The notes under the pieces: model-generated | What the model saw: the letters and a program-made list of their open reading frames with translations, nothing else | Database searches by the model: none | Told to the model about the DNA's origin: nothing | NCBI GenBank assembly: GCA_963739735.1 | Contig: CAVUBV010000009.1 | Span: forward strand, 36,777-100,776 | Direction of reading: 5' to 3' | DNA from: an uncultured Alphaproteobacteria bacterium | GTDB lineage: Bacteria; Pseudomonadota; Alphaproteobacteria; Rhizobiales; Xanthobacteraceae | Length of the DNA: 64,000 bases | Made by a program: the position numbers and the translations under genes | Shown: one piece after another, positions 22,185 through 32,967 of the stretch | Layout of the letters: the number at the start of each line of letters is the position of its first letter | Position numbering within the stretch: position 1 is the first letter of the stretch

Positions 22185-22868
22185 CTAGGCTTGCGCTTCT
22201 TCGTCGTCCTTTTTCTTCTTCTTGGCGGCTTTGGCCGGCTTTTCCTCGGTTTCGGCCGGCGCTGCCTCGGCGTCGGCTTCCGGCTCCTCGCCCTCGCGCA
22301 GGGCCTTGGCCGCTTCCGGCTCGAAGAAGGCTTCGGCCGCTTCGAGCGCGGCGGCGGCTTCCTCCTCGGCCTGCTCGCGGCGGACGGTGACGTCCTCGCC
22401 GCGCGCGACGCGCTCGGCCTCGCCCGCGCTGCGCGCGACGATGACGGTGATCAGGGTCTCGACTTCCGGATGCAACGCCAACGGCACCTTGTACTGGCCG
22501 ATGGTCTTGATCGGCGCGTTGAGCGCGACCTGCGAGCGGTTCACCTCGGCGCCGTCGGCATTGAGCATGCCGACGATGTCGCGCGGCGACACCGAGCCGA
22601 ACAACTGTCCGGACTCGCTCGCCTGGCGGATCACGATGATGGTCTTGCCGTTGAGCGTGGCGGCGATTTTCTCGGCGCCGCCCTTGAGTTCGAGGTTGCG
22701 CGTCTGCAGCTCGGCCTTCATGCCCTCGAACTTCGACTTGTTGTCGGCGGTCGCGCGCAAAGCCTTGCCGCGCGGCAGCAGGAAATTGCGGGCAAAGCCG
22801 TCCTTCACGCGCACGACGTCGCCCATTTGTCCGAGCTTGCCGATGCGCTCGAGCAGGATCACTTCCAT
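22185..22868 (-). CDS. rplI: 50S ribosomal protein L9
   Basis: [39 protein letters not shown]. Confidence 0.97.
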   Translation of the reverse strand: MEVILLERIGKLGQMGDVVRVKDGFARNFLLPRGKALRATADNKSKFEGMKAELQTRNLELKGGAEKIAATLNGKTIIVIRQASESGQLFGSVSPRDIVGMLNADGAEVNRSQVALNAPIKTIGQYKVPLALHPEVETLITVIVARSAGEAERVARGEDVTVRREQAEEEAAAALEAAEAFFEPEAAKALREGEEPEADAEAAPAETEEKPAKAAKKKKKDDEEAQA

Positions 22869-22932
22869 GGTCTTCACTCCTTGATCTGAACTTGGTTGAA
22901 CCGAATTTGCATTGCCTTCGAATGTCTCTTGG

Positions 22933-23877
22933 TCAGGTGCGAGCCGGCGGCCCGCGCGTGCGGGTGATGCGCGCGCGCAAGTCGATCGTCGCCTCCACCA
23001 GGCCAAGCAGGCTGAGCGCCAGCACCGGCCAGCCGAGCAGCAGGACCGCGGCGTAGACGCCGCTGAGCAGAAACGGGCGGCTCGCCATGCCGCGCGTGAT
23101 GGTGTGCAGCACCGCGAAGCCGAGCACGCCATAGGCGATCAGCAGGCTCGCCGACACGATGCCGGCGACGATGCCGATCAGGTGGCCGATGAAACTGAGA
23201 GCCACGGCGACGGCGAAAGCCGCGGTGAGCGCGCGCGGAAAGGTCATCGCCGAAAGCGCCGGCCACGGCCGCTTCAGCCGTCCGGAAAATTTCACCACCG
23301 TCGCCGCCAGCCACAGATTGAGCATGTTGGTGATGGCCGCGACCACCGCCGCCGCCGGCGGGATGGCGCCGACCAGGAAATCGGTCAGCCGGTCGGCATT
23401 GCCGAGGCCCGGCGTCCCCGATTGCACGCTCAGCATCGTGCTGAGCGTTTCGCGCAAACCCTTGCGGAAGCTTTCCGCGTCGTGGCCGAAAATGGGGATG
23501 GCGATGACCACGACCAGGCCGCCGAGCACGGCGGCCCACACCACCAGCCGCCCCGGCGGATACCAATCGAGCGCCGCCGCGCCGTTGCCGGCCGGCCGCG
23601 CCAGCAGCGCCAGATAAGCGAGCCACCAGGCCGGCAGTCCGGCGGCGGCGAGGAAGACAATGAAGAATACCGGGCCGAAAGCGACGCCGAGCGCCGCGGC
23701 GCCGACCAGCGCCGCGCCCATGCCCGCCCAATGGCTCCAGCCAAGCCCGGCGATCAGGATCGGCAGCGGCGCGAGATAAAACAGCGGGATCGACAGCCAA
23801 ACGCCCGACGTCACCGAGGCGAACAGCAAAGCCGCCGCGGCGCCGGCACCAATTCCAATAAGGGCGATCTGCACCAT
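22933..23877 (-). CDS. DUF2232-like polytopic membrane protein
   Basis: Hydrophobic, [21 protein letters not shown]; sits between rpsR and rplI. Confidence 0.8.
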   Translation of the reverse strand: MVQIALIGIGAGAAAALLFASVTSGVWLSIPLFYLAPLPILIAGLGWSHWAGMGAALVGAAALGVAFGPVFFIVFLAAAGLPAWWLAYLALLARPAGNGAAALDWYPPGRLVVWAAVLGGLVVVIAIPIFGHDAESFRKGLRETLSTMLSVQSGTPGLGNADRLTDFLVGAIPPAAAVVAAITNMLNLWLAATVVKFSGRLKRPWPALSAMTFPRALTAAFAVAVALSFIGHLIGIVAGIVSASLLIAYGVLGFAVLHTITRGMASRPFLLSGVYAAVLLLGWPVLALSLLGLVEATIDLRARITRTRGPPART

Positions 23878-24004
23878 CGCGAGCTGTCCCGCTCCGTTCG
23901 AGCGGTTAGAGACGGAAACCTCCGCCCCAACCATCGACTCGCGGGTTGATCCCCGCAAGCCTCGTCGAATTTATCGTATCACACAACTGATCCGCGTTAG
24001 CGGA

Positions 24005-24271
24005 TCAGCGAATTACATAAGGCAGCAGACCGAGAAAGCGCGAGCGTTTGATCGCCTGCGCCAATTCGCGCTGCTTCTTGGCCGACACCGCGGTGATGCG
24101 GCTCGGCACGATCTTGCCGCGCTCCGACACGTAGCGCTGCAACAGCTTGACGTCCTTGTAGTCGATCTTCGGCGCGTTGGCGCCGGAAAACGGACAGGTC
24201 TTGCGTCGGCGGAAGAACGGACGGCGGGCGCCGCCGCCACCACCGCCACCTTGGGAGGATCCGAATGCCAT
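24005..24271 (-). CDS. rpsR: 30S ribosomal protein S18
   Basis: [25 protein letters not shown]. Confidence 0.98.
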   Translation of the reverse strand: MAFGSSQGGGGGGGARRPFFRRRKTCPFSGANAPKIDYKDVKLLQRYVSERGKIVPSRITAVSAKKQRELAQAIKRSRFLGLLPYVIR

Positions 24272-24274
24272 GGT

Positions 24275-24724
24275 CTATTCCTCCACCGCTGCGGCCGCCG
24301 GTGCGGCGTCGTCTTCGGCTTCATCGCGCCGCGGGCGGCGTTCGCCGCGTCCGCGGTCGCCGCGATCCCCACGATCGCCGCGGTCGCCACGATCGTCGCG
24401 GTCGGACTTGCGCATCATGGCGGAGGGGCCTTCCTCAAGCGCCTCGACGCGGATGGTGAGATAGCGCAGCACGTCTTCGTTGAGCCGCTCCTGGCGCTCG
24501 ATCTCGGTGAGCACGGCGGGCGCTGCTTCGACGTTGAGCAGCGTCATATGCGCCTTGCGGTTTTTGCGGATGCGGTAGTTGAGGGACTTCATCCCCCAAT
24601 ATTCGGTCTTGGCGATTTTGCCGCCGGCTTCCGTGATGACGGCGGAAAGTTTGGCGGTCAATTCCTCGACCTGCTGCGCGGACAGATCCTGGCGCGCGAG
24701 ATAGACGTGTTCGTAGAGGGGCAT
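24275..24724 (-). CDS. rpsF: 30S ribosomal protein S6
   Basis: [32 protein letters not shown]. Confidence 0.98.
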   Translation of the reverse strand: MPLYEHVYLARQDLSAQQVEELTAKLSAVITEAGGKIAKTEYWGMKSLNYRIRKNRKAHMTLLNVEAAPAVLTEIERQERLNEDVLRYLTIRVEALEEGPSAMMRKSDRDDRGDRGDRGDRGDRGRGERRPRRDEAEDDAAPAAAAVEE

Positions 24725-24944
24725 GAATTGCCTTTCCCTTGTGTTACCCATGTCCTCGATCCTGGCGCCTAGCCCCTCGAGCCCTTCGGGAAAGGCTCGA
24801 ATGCTCCGAAGGCGGGAACACGGGACGTCGGGCGAACCCGCCCTACCGTTCATGACCGAGGGTCATGAAACGGCCGTCCGTTCAGCTCCCAACCAGGATC
24901 GACGGAACGCGCGGGTTATAGGCGGAATAGGCCGAAAAAGGCAA
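24725..24944 (-). promoter_or_regulatory. Sigma70-like promoter and long structured rpsF leader
   Basis: TTGCCT-N18-TATAAC (24944-24915); about 185-nt leader with several hairpins. Confidence 0.55.
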
Positions 24945-24967
24945 GTACGAGGGGAGCGGTACGGAGG

Positions 24968-25216
24968 TCAGGCCGCTGCGGGGTTCTGCTCGGCATCTTG
25001 GGCCTGCGCGACCTCTTGCAGCCGGTCGGCGAGCTTGACCGCGAGATCGACGCCTTCACGCAACTGACGGACCGCTTCCATGCTGGCGTCGTCGGTTTTG
25101 CGCAATTGCTTGAGGGCTTCCAGCAGCCGTTCGAGATTGTCGGCCATCAATTGCTGGCGGAAGCCCGCATCCTCGCGCGCGCGCGCCAAGTCCTCGTCGG
25201 TGACCAAATGGCTCAT
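24968..25216 (-). CDS. Small helical hypothetical protein
   Basis: MSHLVTDEDLARARED...QLREGVDLAVKLADRLQ; fills the intergenic gap. Confidence 0.6.
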   Translation of the reverse strand: MSHLVTDEDLARAREDAGFRQQLMADNLERLLEALKQLRKTDDASMEAVRQLREGVDLAVKLADRLQEVAQAQDAEQNPAAA

Positions 25217-25362
25217 GCAACGGCCTAATCGGCAATAATAACCCACTTTAGCCCTGTGAATCTTTGCGCTTGGTTACCGCGGCCGGCACAACTTGACAGG
25301 GGCGGCTTTCGCGGTGTCTTTCGGCTCTATTCCGATAAAAAACAGAGATTGCGAGGGGGGAT

Positions 25363-26310
25363 ATGGCGGTCGCCTTTGTATTTCCGGGCCAGGGCAGCCA
25401 GGCGGTCGGCATGGGCAAGGCGCTGGCCGATGCCTTCCCGTCCGCCCGGCAGGTATTCGAGGAAGTCGATGCGGCGCTCGGCGCCAAGCTGTCGACAATC
25501 GTCTTCGAAGGGCCCGCCGACACGCTCACCCTCACCGAGAACGCGCAGCCGGCGCTGATGGCGGTATCGCTCGCCACCTTGCGCGTGCTGGAAGGGGAAG
25601 CCGGCCTCGATCTCAAGCGCGACGTCCAATTCGTCGCCGGCCATTCGCTCGGTGAATATTCCGCGTTGGCCGCGGCCGGCGCCTTCACCATCGCCGACAC
25701 CGCAAAGCTTTTGCGCATTCGCGGGCAGGCGATGCAGAAGGCGGTGCCGGTCGGCGTCGGCGCCATGGCGGCGCTGATCGGGCTCGAATTCGACGCCGCG
25801 GTCGCGGTCGCAGCGGAAGCGGCGCAAGGCCAGGTCTGCCAGGCTGCCAATGATAATGGCGGCGGCCAGGTGGTGGTGTCGGGCGACAAGGCGGCGGTTG
25901 AGCGCGCCGTGGAAATCGCCAAGAAGAAGGGCGCTAGACGTGCCATGCTGCTGCCGGTGTCCGCGCCCTTCCATTGCGCGCTGATGCAGCCGGCCGCCGA
26001 CGCCATGGCGCAGGCGCTGGCGCAGGTGAACGTCAAGCCACCGGTCGTGCCGGTGGTGGCGAACGTGCTGGCGAAACCGATCGGGGAACCGGCCGAGATC
26101 GTGGCGGCGCTGGTTGCCCAAGTCACCGGCACGGTGCGCTGGCGCGAGTCGGTTGCCGCCATGGCGGCGGCTGGCGTCAAGGATTTTTACGAAGTGGGGG
26201 CTGGCAAGGTATTGAGCGGTCTCATCAGGCGCATCGCCGAAGGCGCGACCGCCAATGCGATCAACAACCCCGACGATATCGCCACGTTCAAGGCGAGAAG
26301 GAGTTTTTGA
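25363..26310 (+). CDS. fabD: Malonyl-CoA-ACP transacylase
   Basis: FPGQGSQ, GHSLGEYSAL, VSAPFH. Confidence 0.97.
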   Translation: MAVAFVFPGQGSQAVGMGKALADAFPSARQVFEEVDAALGAKLSTIVFEGPADTLTLTENAQPALMAVSLATLRVLEGEAGLDLKRDVQFVAGHSLGEYSALAAAGAFTIADTAKLLRIRGQAMQKAVPVGVGAMAALIGLEFDAAVAVAAEAAQGQVCQAANDNGGGQVVVSGDKAAVERAVEIAKKKGARRAMLLPVSAPFHCALMQPAADAMAQALAQVNVKPPVVPVVANVLAKPIGEPAEIVAALVAQVTGTVRWRESVAAMAAAGVKDFYEVGAGKVLSGLIRRIAEGATANAINNPDDIATFKARRSF

Positions 26311-27047
26311 TGTTCGATCTCAGCGGTAAGACCGCGCTGGTGACGGGTGCGACCGGCGCCATCGGCGGCGGCATCGCCCGCGCGCTGCACGGCCAGGGCG
26401 CGACAGTCGCGCTGTCAGGCACGCGGCGCGAGGTGCTCGATGCGCTTGCCGCGGAACTCAAGGACCGCGTGCACGTGCTGCCCTGCGATCTCGCCGACAA
26501 GGACGCGGTCGAGGCGCTGGTGCCGGGCGCGGAAGCGGCCATGGGCAAGCTCGACATCCTGGTCGCCAATGCCGGCGTCAATGCGGACAATCTGTTCGTC
26601 AGTTTGACCGACGAGGCCTGGGATAAGGTCATCGCGGTCAACCTGACCGCGACGTTTAGGCTTACCCGCGCGGCGGTGAAAACGATGATGCGCCGGCGCT
26701 GGGGCCGCGTGATCGGCATCGCCTCGATTGTCGGTTTCACCGGCAATCCGGGGCAGGGCAATTACACCGCCTCGAAGGCGGGGCTGGTCGGCATGATGAA
26801 GTCGGTGGCCGCCGAATACGCCAAGCGCAACGTCACCGCCAATTGCATCGCCCCCGGCATCATCGCCAGCGCCATGATCGACCGGCTCAACGACAAGCAG
26901 CGCGAGGGCATTGTGGCAAGGGTCCCCGCCGGCCGGCTCGGCGCACCGGGCGACGTGGCGGCCGCGGCGGTCTATCTCGCCTCCGAGGAAGCCGGTTACG
27001 TCACCGGGCAGACCATTCATGTAAACGGCGGTATGGCGATGTTCTAG
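26310..27047 (+). CDS. fabG: 3-oxoacyl-ACP reductase
   Basis: TGATGAIG, NYTASKAG, GQTIHVNGGM; within the fab cluster. Confidence 0.95.
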   Translation: MFDLSGKTALVTGATGAIGGGIARALHGQGATVALSGTRREVLDALAAELKDRVHVLPCDLADKDAVEALVPGAEAAMGKLDILVANAGVNADNLFVSLTDEAWDKVIAVNLTATFRLTRAAVKTMMRRRWGRVIGIASIVGFTGNPGQGNYTASKAGLVGMMKSVAAEYAKRNVTANCIAPGIIASAMIDRLNDKQREGIVARVPAGRLGAPGDVAAAAVYLASEEAGYVTGQTIHVNGGMAMF

Positions 27048-27118
27048 CGCATGATCTCGAAAAGCCTGTCCTCGACTTGATCGGGGATGGCCACCGGCTT
27101 TCGGGTAAGATCATGAGC
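27045..27118. repeat. Nested palindromic intergenic element (CIR/RIME-like) starting at the fabG stop codon
   Basis: gcgcatgatct..agatcatgagc outer arms, cgaaaagcc/ggctttcg, inner tcctcga/tcgggga. Confidence 0.65.
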
Positions 27119-27363
27119 CAATAAGCGGTTTAAATGCTTGGCTTTCCAGGGCTTGCCCGGTTACACCGGCCCGCGCTAGTCAACGCATTTGAAGTATGGT
27201 AACCGAATTTCGGCCCGGCTGGGGCGGCCGATAGCGGATCGAACGACTGACACTCCGCGATCGGCGGCCGTCACACCGCCGTCAACCACGACGAGGCCAT
27301 TGCCGCGATGGTTGCGTTCCGGTCCCGGTCGCAGCCCAATCTGAAAAGCACGAGGATGGAACG

Positions 27364-27603
27364 ATGAGCGATATTGGCGAGCGGGTGAAAAAGATCGTCG
27401 TGGAGCACCTCGGGGTCGAACCCGACAAGGTGACCGAGCAAGCGAGTTTCATCGACGATCTTGGCGCCGATAGTCTCGACACCGTCGAGCTCGTGATGGC
27501 TTTCGAGGAGGAATTCGGCTGCGAGATTCCTGACGATGCCGCCGAAACGATCTTGACCGTCGGCGATGCCGTTAAATTTCTCGAAAAGAACGCTAAAAGC
27601 TGA
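27364..27603 (+). CDS. acpP: Acyl carrier protein
   Basis: [20 protein letters not shown]. Confidence 0.98.
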   Translation: MSDIGERVKKIVVEHLGVEPDKVTEQASFIDDLGADSLDTVELVMAFEEEFGCEIPDDAAETILTVGDAVKFLEKNAKS

Positions 27604-27703
27604 GCGCAAGCCCGCGCGGCTACTCGATCGCTTCATTCGTCGCTGACGTGTGGGCTATGCCCCGGTGGAGCATAGGAGCGTGGTGTTTGGCTCGGAGCCG
27701 GTC

Positions 27704-28969
27704 ATGAGACGTGTCGTCGTCACCGGAATGGGGATGGTCACGCCGCTCGGTTGCGGTGTGGAGCCGACATGGGCCCGCCTGCTCAAGGGCGAAAGCGGTG
27801 CCAAGCAGATCGACACGTTCGACGTCTCCGACATTTCCTGCAAGATCGCTTGCATAATTCCGCGCGGCGACGGCTCGAACGGCACCTTCAATCCCGATCA
27901 ATGGATGGAGCCGAAGGAGCAGCGCAAGGTCGACGACTTTATCGTCTATGCCATGTGCGCGGCCAAGCAGGCGCTCGACGACGCCGGCTGGCGGCCGGAA
28001 AGCTATGAGGATCAGACCTCGACCGGCGTGCTGATCGGCTCAGGCATCGGCGGCGTCGAAGGTATTGCCGACATGGCCGTCGTTTTGCACGAGAAGGGAC
28101 CGCGCCGGGTGTCGCCGTTCTTCATCCCCGGCCGCATCATCAATCTCGCCTCCGGCTTCGTCTCCATCGAATTCGGCCTCAAGGGCCCCAACCACGCGGT
28201 GGTCACCGCCTGCTCGACCGGCGCGCACGCCATCGGCGACGCCGCGCGCATGGTCGCGCTCGGCGATGCCGACGTGATGGTCGCCGGCGGCACCGAATCG
28301 CCGGTCAACCGCATGGCGCTCGCCGGCTTTGCCGCCTTGCGCGCGGTGTCGACCGGTTTCAACGACGAACCCAAGCGCGCCTCGCGCCCCTACGACAAGG
28401 ATCGCGACGGCTTCGTGATGAGCGAGGGCGCCGGCGCGGTCGTGCTGGAAGCGCTCGATCATGCCAAGGCGCGCGGCGCCAAGATCTACGCCGAGCTCGT
28501 CGGCTACGGCATGTCGGGCGACGCCTATCACATTACGGCGCCGGCGCCGGACGGCGACGGGGCATTCCGCTGCATGAATATGGCGATCAAGCGCGCGGGC
28601 ATTTCCGCCGGCGACATCGATTACATCAACGCGCACGGCACCTCGACGCCGCTCGGCGACGAGATCGAACTCGGCGCGGTGCAGCGCATGGTCGGCAATG
28701 GCGCCGGCCGCATTTCGATGTCGTCGACCAAATCCTGCATCGGCCATTTGCTCGGCGCCGCCGGCGCGGTGGAGGCGATCTTCTCGATCCTGGCGATCCG
28801 CGACCAGGTCGCACCGCCCACCATCAATCTCGATAATCCCTCGGTCGATACGCCGATCGATCTGGTGCCGCACGTGGCGCGCAAGCGCGAGATCGGCACA
28901 GTTTTATCGAATTCGTTCGGTTTCGGCGGAACCAATGCCTCGCTGATCTTCAGCCGCTTTAGCGACTAG
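27704..28969 (+). CDS. fabF: Beta-ketoacyl-ACP synthase II
   Basis: MRRVVVTG, TACSTG, NAHGTST, SNSFGFGG. Confidence 0.97.
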   Translation: MRRVVVTGMGMVTPLGCGVEPTWARLLKGESGAKQIDTFDVSDISCKIACIIPRGDGSNGTFNPDQWMEPKEQRKVDDFIVYAMCAAKQALDDAGWRPESYEDQTSTGVLIGSGIGGVEGIADMAVVLHEKGPRRVSPFFIPGRIINLASGFVSIEFGLKGPNHAVVTACSTGAHAIGDAARMVALGDADVMVAGGTESPVNRMALAGFAALRAVSTGFNDEPKRASRPYDKDRDGFVMSEGAGAVVLEALDHAKARGAKIYAELVGYGMSGDAYHITAPAPDGDGAFRCMNMAIKRAGISAGDIDYINAHGTSTPLGDEIELGAVQRMVGNGAGRISMSSTKSCIGHLLGAAGAVEAIFSILAIRDQVAPPTINLDNPSVDTPIDLVPHVARKREIGTVLSNSFGFGGTNASLIFSRFSD

Positions 28970-29159
28970 GCCGCCATGCCGGCCTCAAGCTTTCGCCATA
29001 ATTCTTCCTAACGTGCGAAAGCTGCTATTGATTTCCGATCGCGCCGCGGCCGGACTGGGCGCCCCGCGTAAAGCCGATCGAAAGACGCGCGCGGGCGACC
29101 GGCGAACAGGAGATTGAGCGAAGGGTGAGTTTTCCGGTGCCGATAGCGGGAGCGGACGC

Positions 29160-30377
29160 TTGAATACCAAGCCACCGCAAGGCGGCGAGGGCCGCGCTCC
29201 GCCGCCGCGGCCCGCCGCGCCGCATTCGGCGCGCGCCGCTGCCAAGGCGGGCCCCAATGCGGGGCCTATTCCGGTGCCGCCGCCGCCGAGCGCCAAGCTG
29301 CCGCGTAGCCCACGTGCCGCGCTCGAGCCGGAAAGCGTGCCGCTGCCCAAGCGCCGCTCGCATCGGGTGCGCCATCCGCTGGTGATCGTCGGCAACGCGA
29401 TCTTCACGGTGCTGATCGTGGTCTCGGTCGCCGTCGGCGGCGCGCTTTACCTCGGCAAGCAGCGCTTCGAGGCGCCTGGCCCGCTGCCGCAGGACAAGGT
29501 GGTCAATATTCCGCGCGGCCTCGGCATCCGCGATATTTCCGAACTGCTGGCGCGCGAAGGCGTGATCGATCAGCCCTGGGTGTTCATCGGCGGAGTGTTG
29601 GTGCTCAAGGCGCGCGGCGACCTCAAGCACGGCGAATACCGCTTCGCCAAGGGCGCGAGCCTCGCCGACGTGGTCAACACCATCATCGAAAACAAGGTGG
29701 TGCAGCACGCGCTGACCATCCCCGAGGGGCTCACTTCCGAGCAGATCGTCGCCAAACTGTTGGAGAACGACGCGCTCTCCGGCCGGATCAAGGAAATCCC
29801 GCGCGAGGGTACGTTGTTGCCGGAGACCTACAAATTCACCCGCGGCATGGCGCGCGAACAGATCATCCAGCGCATGCAACAGGCGCACAAACGCCTGCTG
29901 GCGGAGATCTGGGACCACCGCATGCCGGATCTGCCGATCAATGCGCCGGAGCAACTGGTCACGCTCGCCTCCATCGTGGAAAAGGAAACCGGCCGGGCGG
30001 ACGAGCGCTCGCGCGTGGCCTCGGTCTTCGTCAACCGGCTCAAGAACAAGATGAAGCTGCAGTCCGATCCGACCATCATCTACGGACTGACCGGCGGCAA
30101 AGGCTCGCTCGGCCGCCCCATCCTGAAGAGCGAGATCGAGCAGCCGACGCCTTATAATACCTACGTTATCGACGGCTTGCCGCCGGGTCCGATCGCCAAT
30201 CCCGGCCGCGCCTCGCTCGAAGCCGCCGCCAACCCGGCGCGCACCAAGGACCTCTATTTCGTCGCCGATGGCTCAGGCGGCCACGTCTTCTCCGACAATT
30301 ACGCCGAGCACCAGAAGAACGTGACGCGCCTGCGCGTGATCGAGAAGAACACCGACCCGGCGCCGGCCAAGAAATAG
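29160..30377 (+). CDS. mltG: Endolytic transglycosylase MltG (start uncertain)
   Basis: LTIPEG, ASIVEKET, LQSDPT, YNTY..GLPPGPIANPG. Confidence 0.95.
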   Translation: MNTKPPQGGEGRAPPPRPAAPHSARAAAKAGPNAGPIPVPPPPSAKLPRSPRAALEPESVPLPKRRSHRVRHPLVIVGNAIFTVLIVVSVAVGGALYLGKQRFEAPGPLPQDKVVNIPRGLGIRDISELLAREGVIDQPWVFIGGVLVLKARGDLKHGEYRFAKGASLADVVNTIIENKVVQHALTIPEGLTSEQIVAKLLENDALSGRIKEIPREGTLLPETYKFTRGMAREQIIQRMQQAHKRLLAEIWDHRMPDLPINAPEQLVTLASIVEKETGRADERSRVASVFVNRLKNKMKLQSDPTIIYGLTGGKGSLGRPILKSEIEQPTPYNTYVIDGLPPGPIANPGRASLEAAANPARTKDLYFVADGSGGHVFSDNYAEHQKNVTRLRVIEKNTDPAPAKK

Positions 30378-30486
30378 CGGTCAAGAAATACCGAGTCAAG
30401 AAATAGCACGCACTTGTGAGCGCCTGGGGCCGCCGCTAAGGTCGCCGCCACTTTTGGACCGCCAACCAATCCGAGATCGAACCCCG

Positions 30487-31374
30487 ATGGCCTTGTCGAG
30501 CATGACCGGTTTCGCTCGCGGCCACGGTGTCGCCGGCGCTTATGCCTGGAGCTGGGAGCTCAAATCGGTCAACGCCAAGGGCCTCGATTTGCGGCTGCGC
30601 CTGCCGCCGGGCTGGGACGCCATCGAAGTGCCGGCGCGTTCGCGCGGAACGGAGAAGCTCTCCCGCGGTACCGTCTATGCGAACCTCACGGTCGAGCGCA
30701 AAGGCGTGGCGCCCGCGGTCAAGGTAAACGAGGCCGTGCTCAACGCCGTGCTGGCGACGCTCAAGAGCCTGCACGGCAAGGTCGAAGCTTCGCCGCCAAC
30801 GCTTGACGGCATCCTGTCGCTCAAGGGCGTGATCGAGATCACCGAGGAAGACGAGCGCGAGGAGGACCGGCGCGCAGCCGAGGCGGCAATCCTGTCAGGT
30901 TTCGACCAGGCGCTCGCCGATCTCCTCGCCATGCGGCACGAGGAGGGCGCAACGCTCGGCCGCCTCTTGTCGGCGCGGCTTGCCGAAATCTCGGCGCTGG
31001 CCGCGCGCGCGGAGGCCGCCCCCGGCCGCAAGCCGGAAGCGATCAAGGCGCGGCTCGCCGAACAAGTGGCGACGCTGCTTGCCGCCTCGCAGCGTTTCGA
31101 CAGCGACCGGCTGCACCAGGAAGCCATCATGCTCGCCAGCAAGGCCGATATCCGCGAGGAACTCGACCGGCTCGCCTCGCATGTGGCGCAGGCCGAGAGG
31201 CTGCTCGCCGACGGCGGGCCGGTCGGCCGCCGGCTTGATTTTCTGGCGCAGGAACTCAACCGCGAATTGAATACGCTCACCGCCAAAGCCAACGACGTCG
31301 ATCTCACCAATATCGGCCTGGAGCTGAAAAGCACGGTCGAGCAGTTCCGCGAGCAAGTGCAGAACCTGGAGTGA
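30487..31374 (+). CDS. yicC: YicC/YloC-family endoribonuclease
   Basis: SMTGFA, ELKSVN, GRRLDFLAQELNRE, REQVQNLE. Confidence 0.95.
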   Translation: MALSSMTGFARGHGVAGAYAWSWELKSVNAKGLDLRLRLPPGWDAIEVPARSRGTEKLSRGTVYANLTVERKGVAPAVKVNEAVLNAVLATLKSLHGKVEASPPTLDGILSLKGVIEITEEDEREEDRRAAEAAILSGFDQALADLLAMRHEEGATLGRLLSARLAEISALAARAEAAPGRKPEAIKARLAEQVATLLAASQRFDSDRLHQEAIMLASKADIREELDRLASHVAQAERLLADGGPVGRRLDFLAQELNRELNTLTAKANDVDLTNIGLELKSTVEQFREQVQNLE

Positions 31375-31376
31375 CG

Positions 31377-32030
31377 ATGGCCAAGACGCTACCGGAAAAA
31401 GCGACGGTTGCCCGGCGCGGGCTGATGCTGGTGCTCTCGTCGCCCTCGGGCGCCGGCAAGACCACGCTGTCGCGCCGCCTGCTCGACGAGGACAAAGGCG
31501 TGGCGCTGTCGGTGTCGGTGACGACGCGCAAAATGCGGCCGGGCGAAAAGGACGGCCGCGACTACACGTTCATCGACCGCAAGCGGTTTGACGCGCTGAT
31601 CTCCAAGGACGAACTGCTGGAATGGGCCGAGGTGTTCGACAATTACTACGGCACGCCACGTAAGCCGGTGATGGACGCGCTCGCCGCCGGCCGCGACGTC
31701 CTGTTCGACATCGACTGGCAGGGCACCCAGCAATTGCGCGAGAAGGCGCGCGGCGATCTGGTCAGCGTGTTCATTTTGCCGCCTTCGGTCCCCGAGCTTG
31801 AGCAGCGGCTGCACAAACGCGCGCAAGACGATTACGAGACCATCCATCGCCGCATGGCGAAGGCTTCCGACGAGATGAGCCACTGGGCCGAATACGATTA
31901 CGTGGTGATCAACCGCGAACTCGCGCAGGCCTACGCCGACGTCAAAGCGGTTCTCGCCGCCGAACGGCTCAAGCGCGAGCGCCAGCCCGGCCTGTCCGAC
32001 TTCGTGCGTGGACTGCAGGCGAAGTTGTAG
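31377..32030 (+). CDS. gmk: Guanylate kinase
   Basis: SSPSGAGKTT, YYGT, FDIDWQG. Confidence 0.97.
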   Translation: MAKTLPEKATVARRGLMLVLSSPSGAGKTTLSRRLLDEDKGVALSVSVTTRKMRPGEKDGRDYTFIDRKRFDALISKDELLEWAEVFDNYYGTPRKPVMDALAAGRDVLFDIDWQGTQQLREKARGDLVSVFILPPSVPELEQRLHKRAQDDYETIHRRMAKASDEMSHWAEYDYVVINRELAQAYADVKAVLAAERLKRERQPGLSDFVRGLQAKL

Positions 32031-32041
32031 GGCGCGGACCT

Positions 32042-32765
32042 CTAAATAAGAAAAATCACTTGGCCCCTGAAAAATACGTCGGCCAGCGCCATAAACGAAC
32101 GGCAATTATCTTTTGCCGAGAACTCGTTGCGCTCCTTGGCGATCGCCAGCAAGAGGAACGCAACAGCGATTGTGAACAACAACGCCCCGAAGCTGATCGT
32201 CGTCAGCCACGCACTGGCAAACATCGAATTGTCCGTGCTCCAGGGCAATATCGCGCTGAGCGGCGTGTGCAGCAGGACTTGCGCGCCAAAGGCGCCCAAG
32301 ACCAGGATCGTCGGCCATCGTGAAATCAACGGATCGTTGCGACCGCGCCAGAACTCGTATGCGGTGAGCCAGATATAGGCCGTTATGATGCCGGAGCCGA
32401 GCAGAACGCGGACATTCTGCGACTCCGCCACGAACGGCAATCGGCTGGCGAGCAACCAAACGACGGCTCCGGCGAACAGCGCAAACGGTTGTACGGAGCG
32501 CCCGCCGAACACGCGGGCGCCCATCCACGTCAAGGCGAATGAAATAAACAAAATCGCGTTGGCAAGATCGATCGTGATGAGCATCGGAAACGTTGCCGTA
32601 CATGCCGAATAGGAAGATGGAGCAGGCGCGCAACAAATAGGCAAAGCCCCACCAGACGATCGCATGAATGCTTTTGTTCTGCGCCCAGGCAAACAACAAA
32701 AGCAGCCCAAGCATGGCTTCAATATCGATGGTCATGGTGAGAAGCGCGTCTAAACCGATCTGCAT
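32042..32765 (-). pseudogene. Membrane sensor module of the kind found N-terminal to GGDEF domains, truncated
   Basis: MLGLLLLFAWAQN..AYEFWRGRNDPLISRWP..LAIAKER then stops; a frameshift; lower GC than flanks. Confidence 0.6.
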
Positions 32766-32967
32766 AGATTGCTATCCAAAGGATCGCTCGATCCCGAAGC
32801 TGACGGATGATGATTGCAACGCTAGCGAACGTGAATGAAAAATCGGATAAGACGGCAACATCACGCGGGTACGATTGCCGCGACACTTCCGCCAATCTTC
32901 GCATTCGATGAAAATGCGACGATCGATAGTGGTATGATACCGCTCGGAACTTTTGCCGGGTATTTCG

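Noticed and set aside
24330-24405. DRG repeats in the S6 tail
   Set aside because: Ordinary low-complexity C-terminus of alphaproteobacterial S6.
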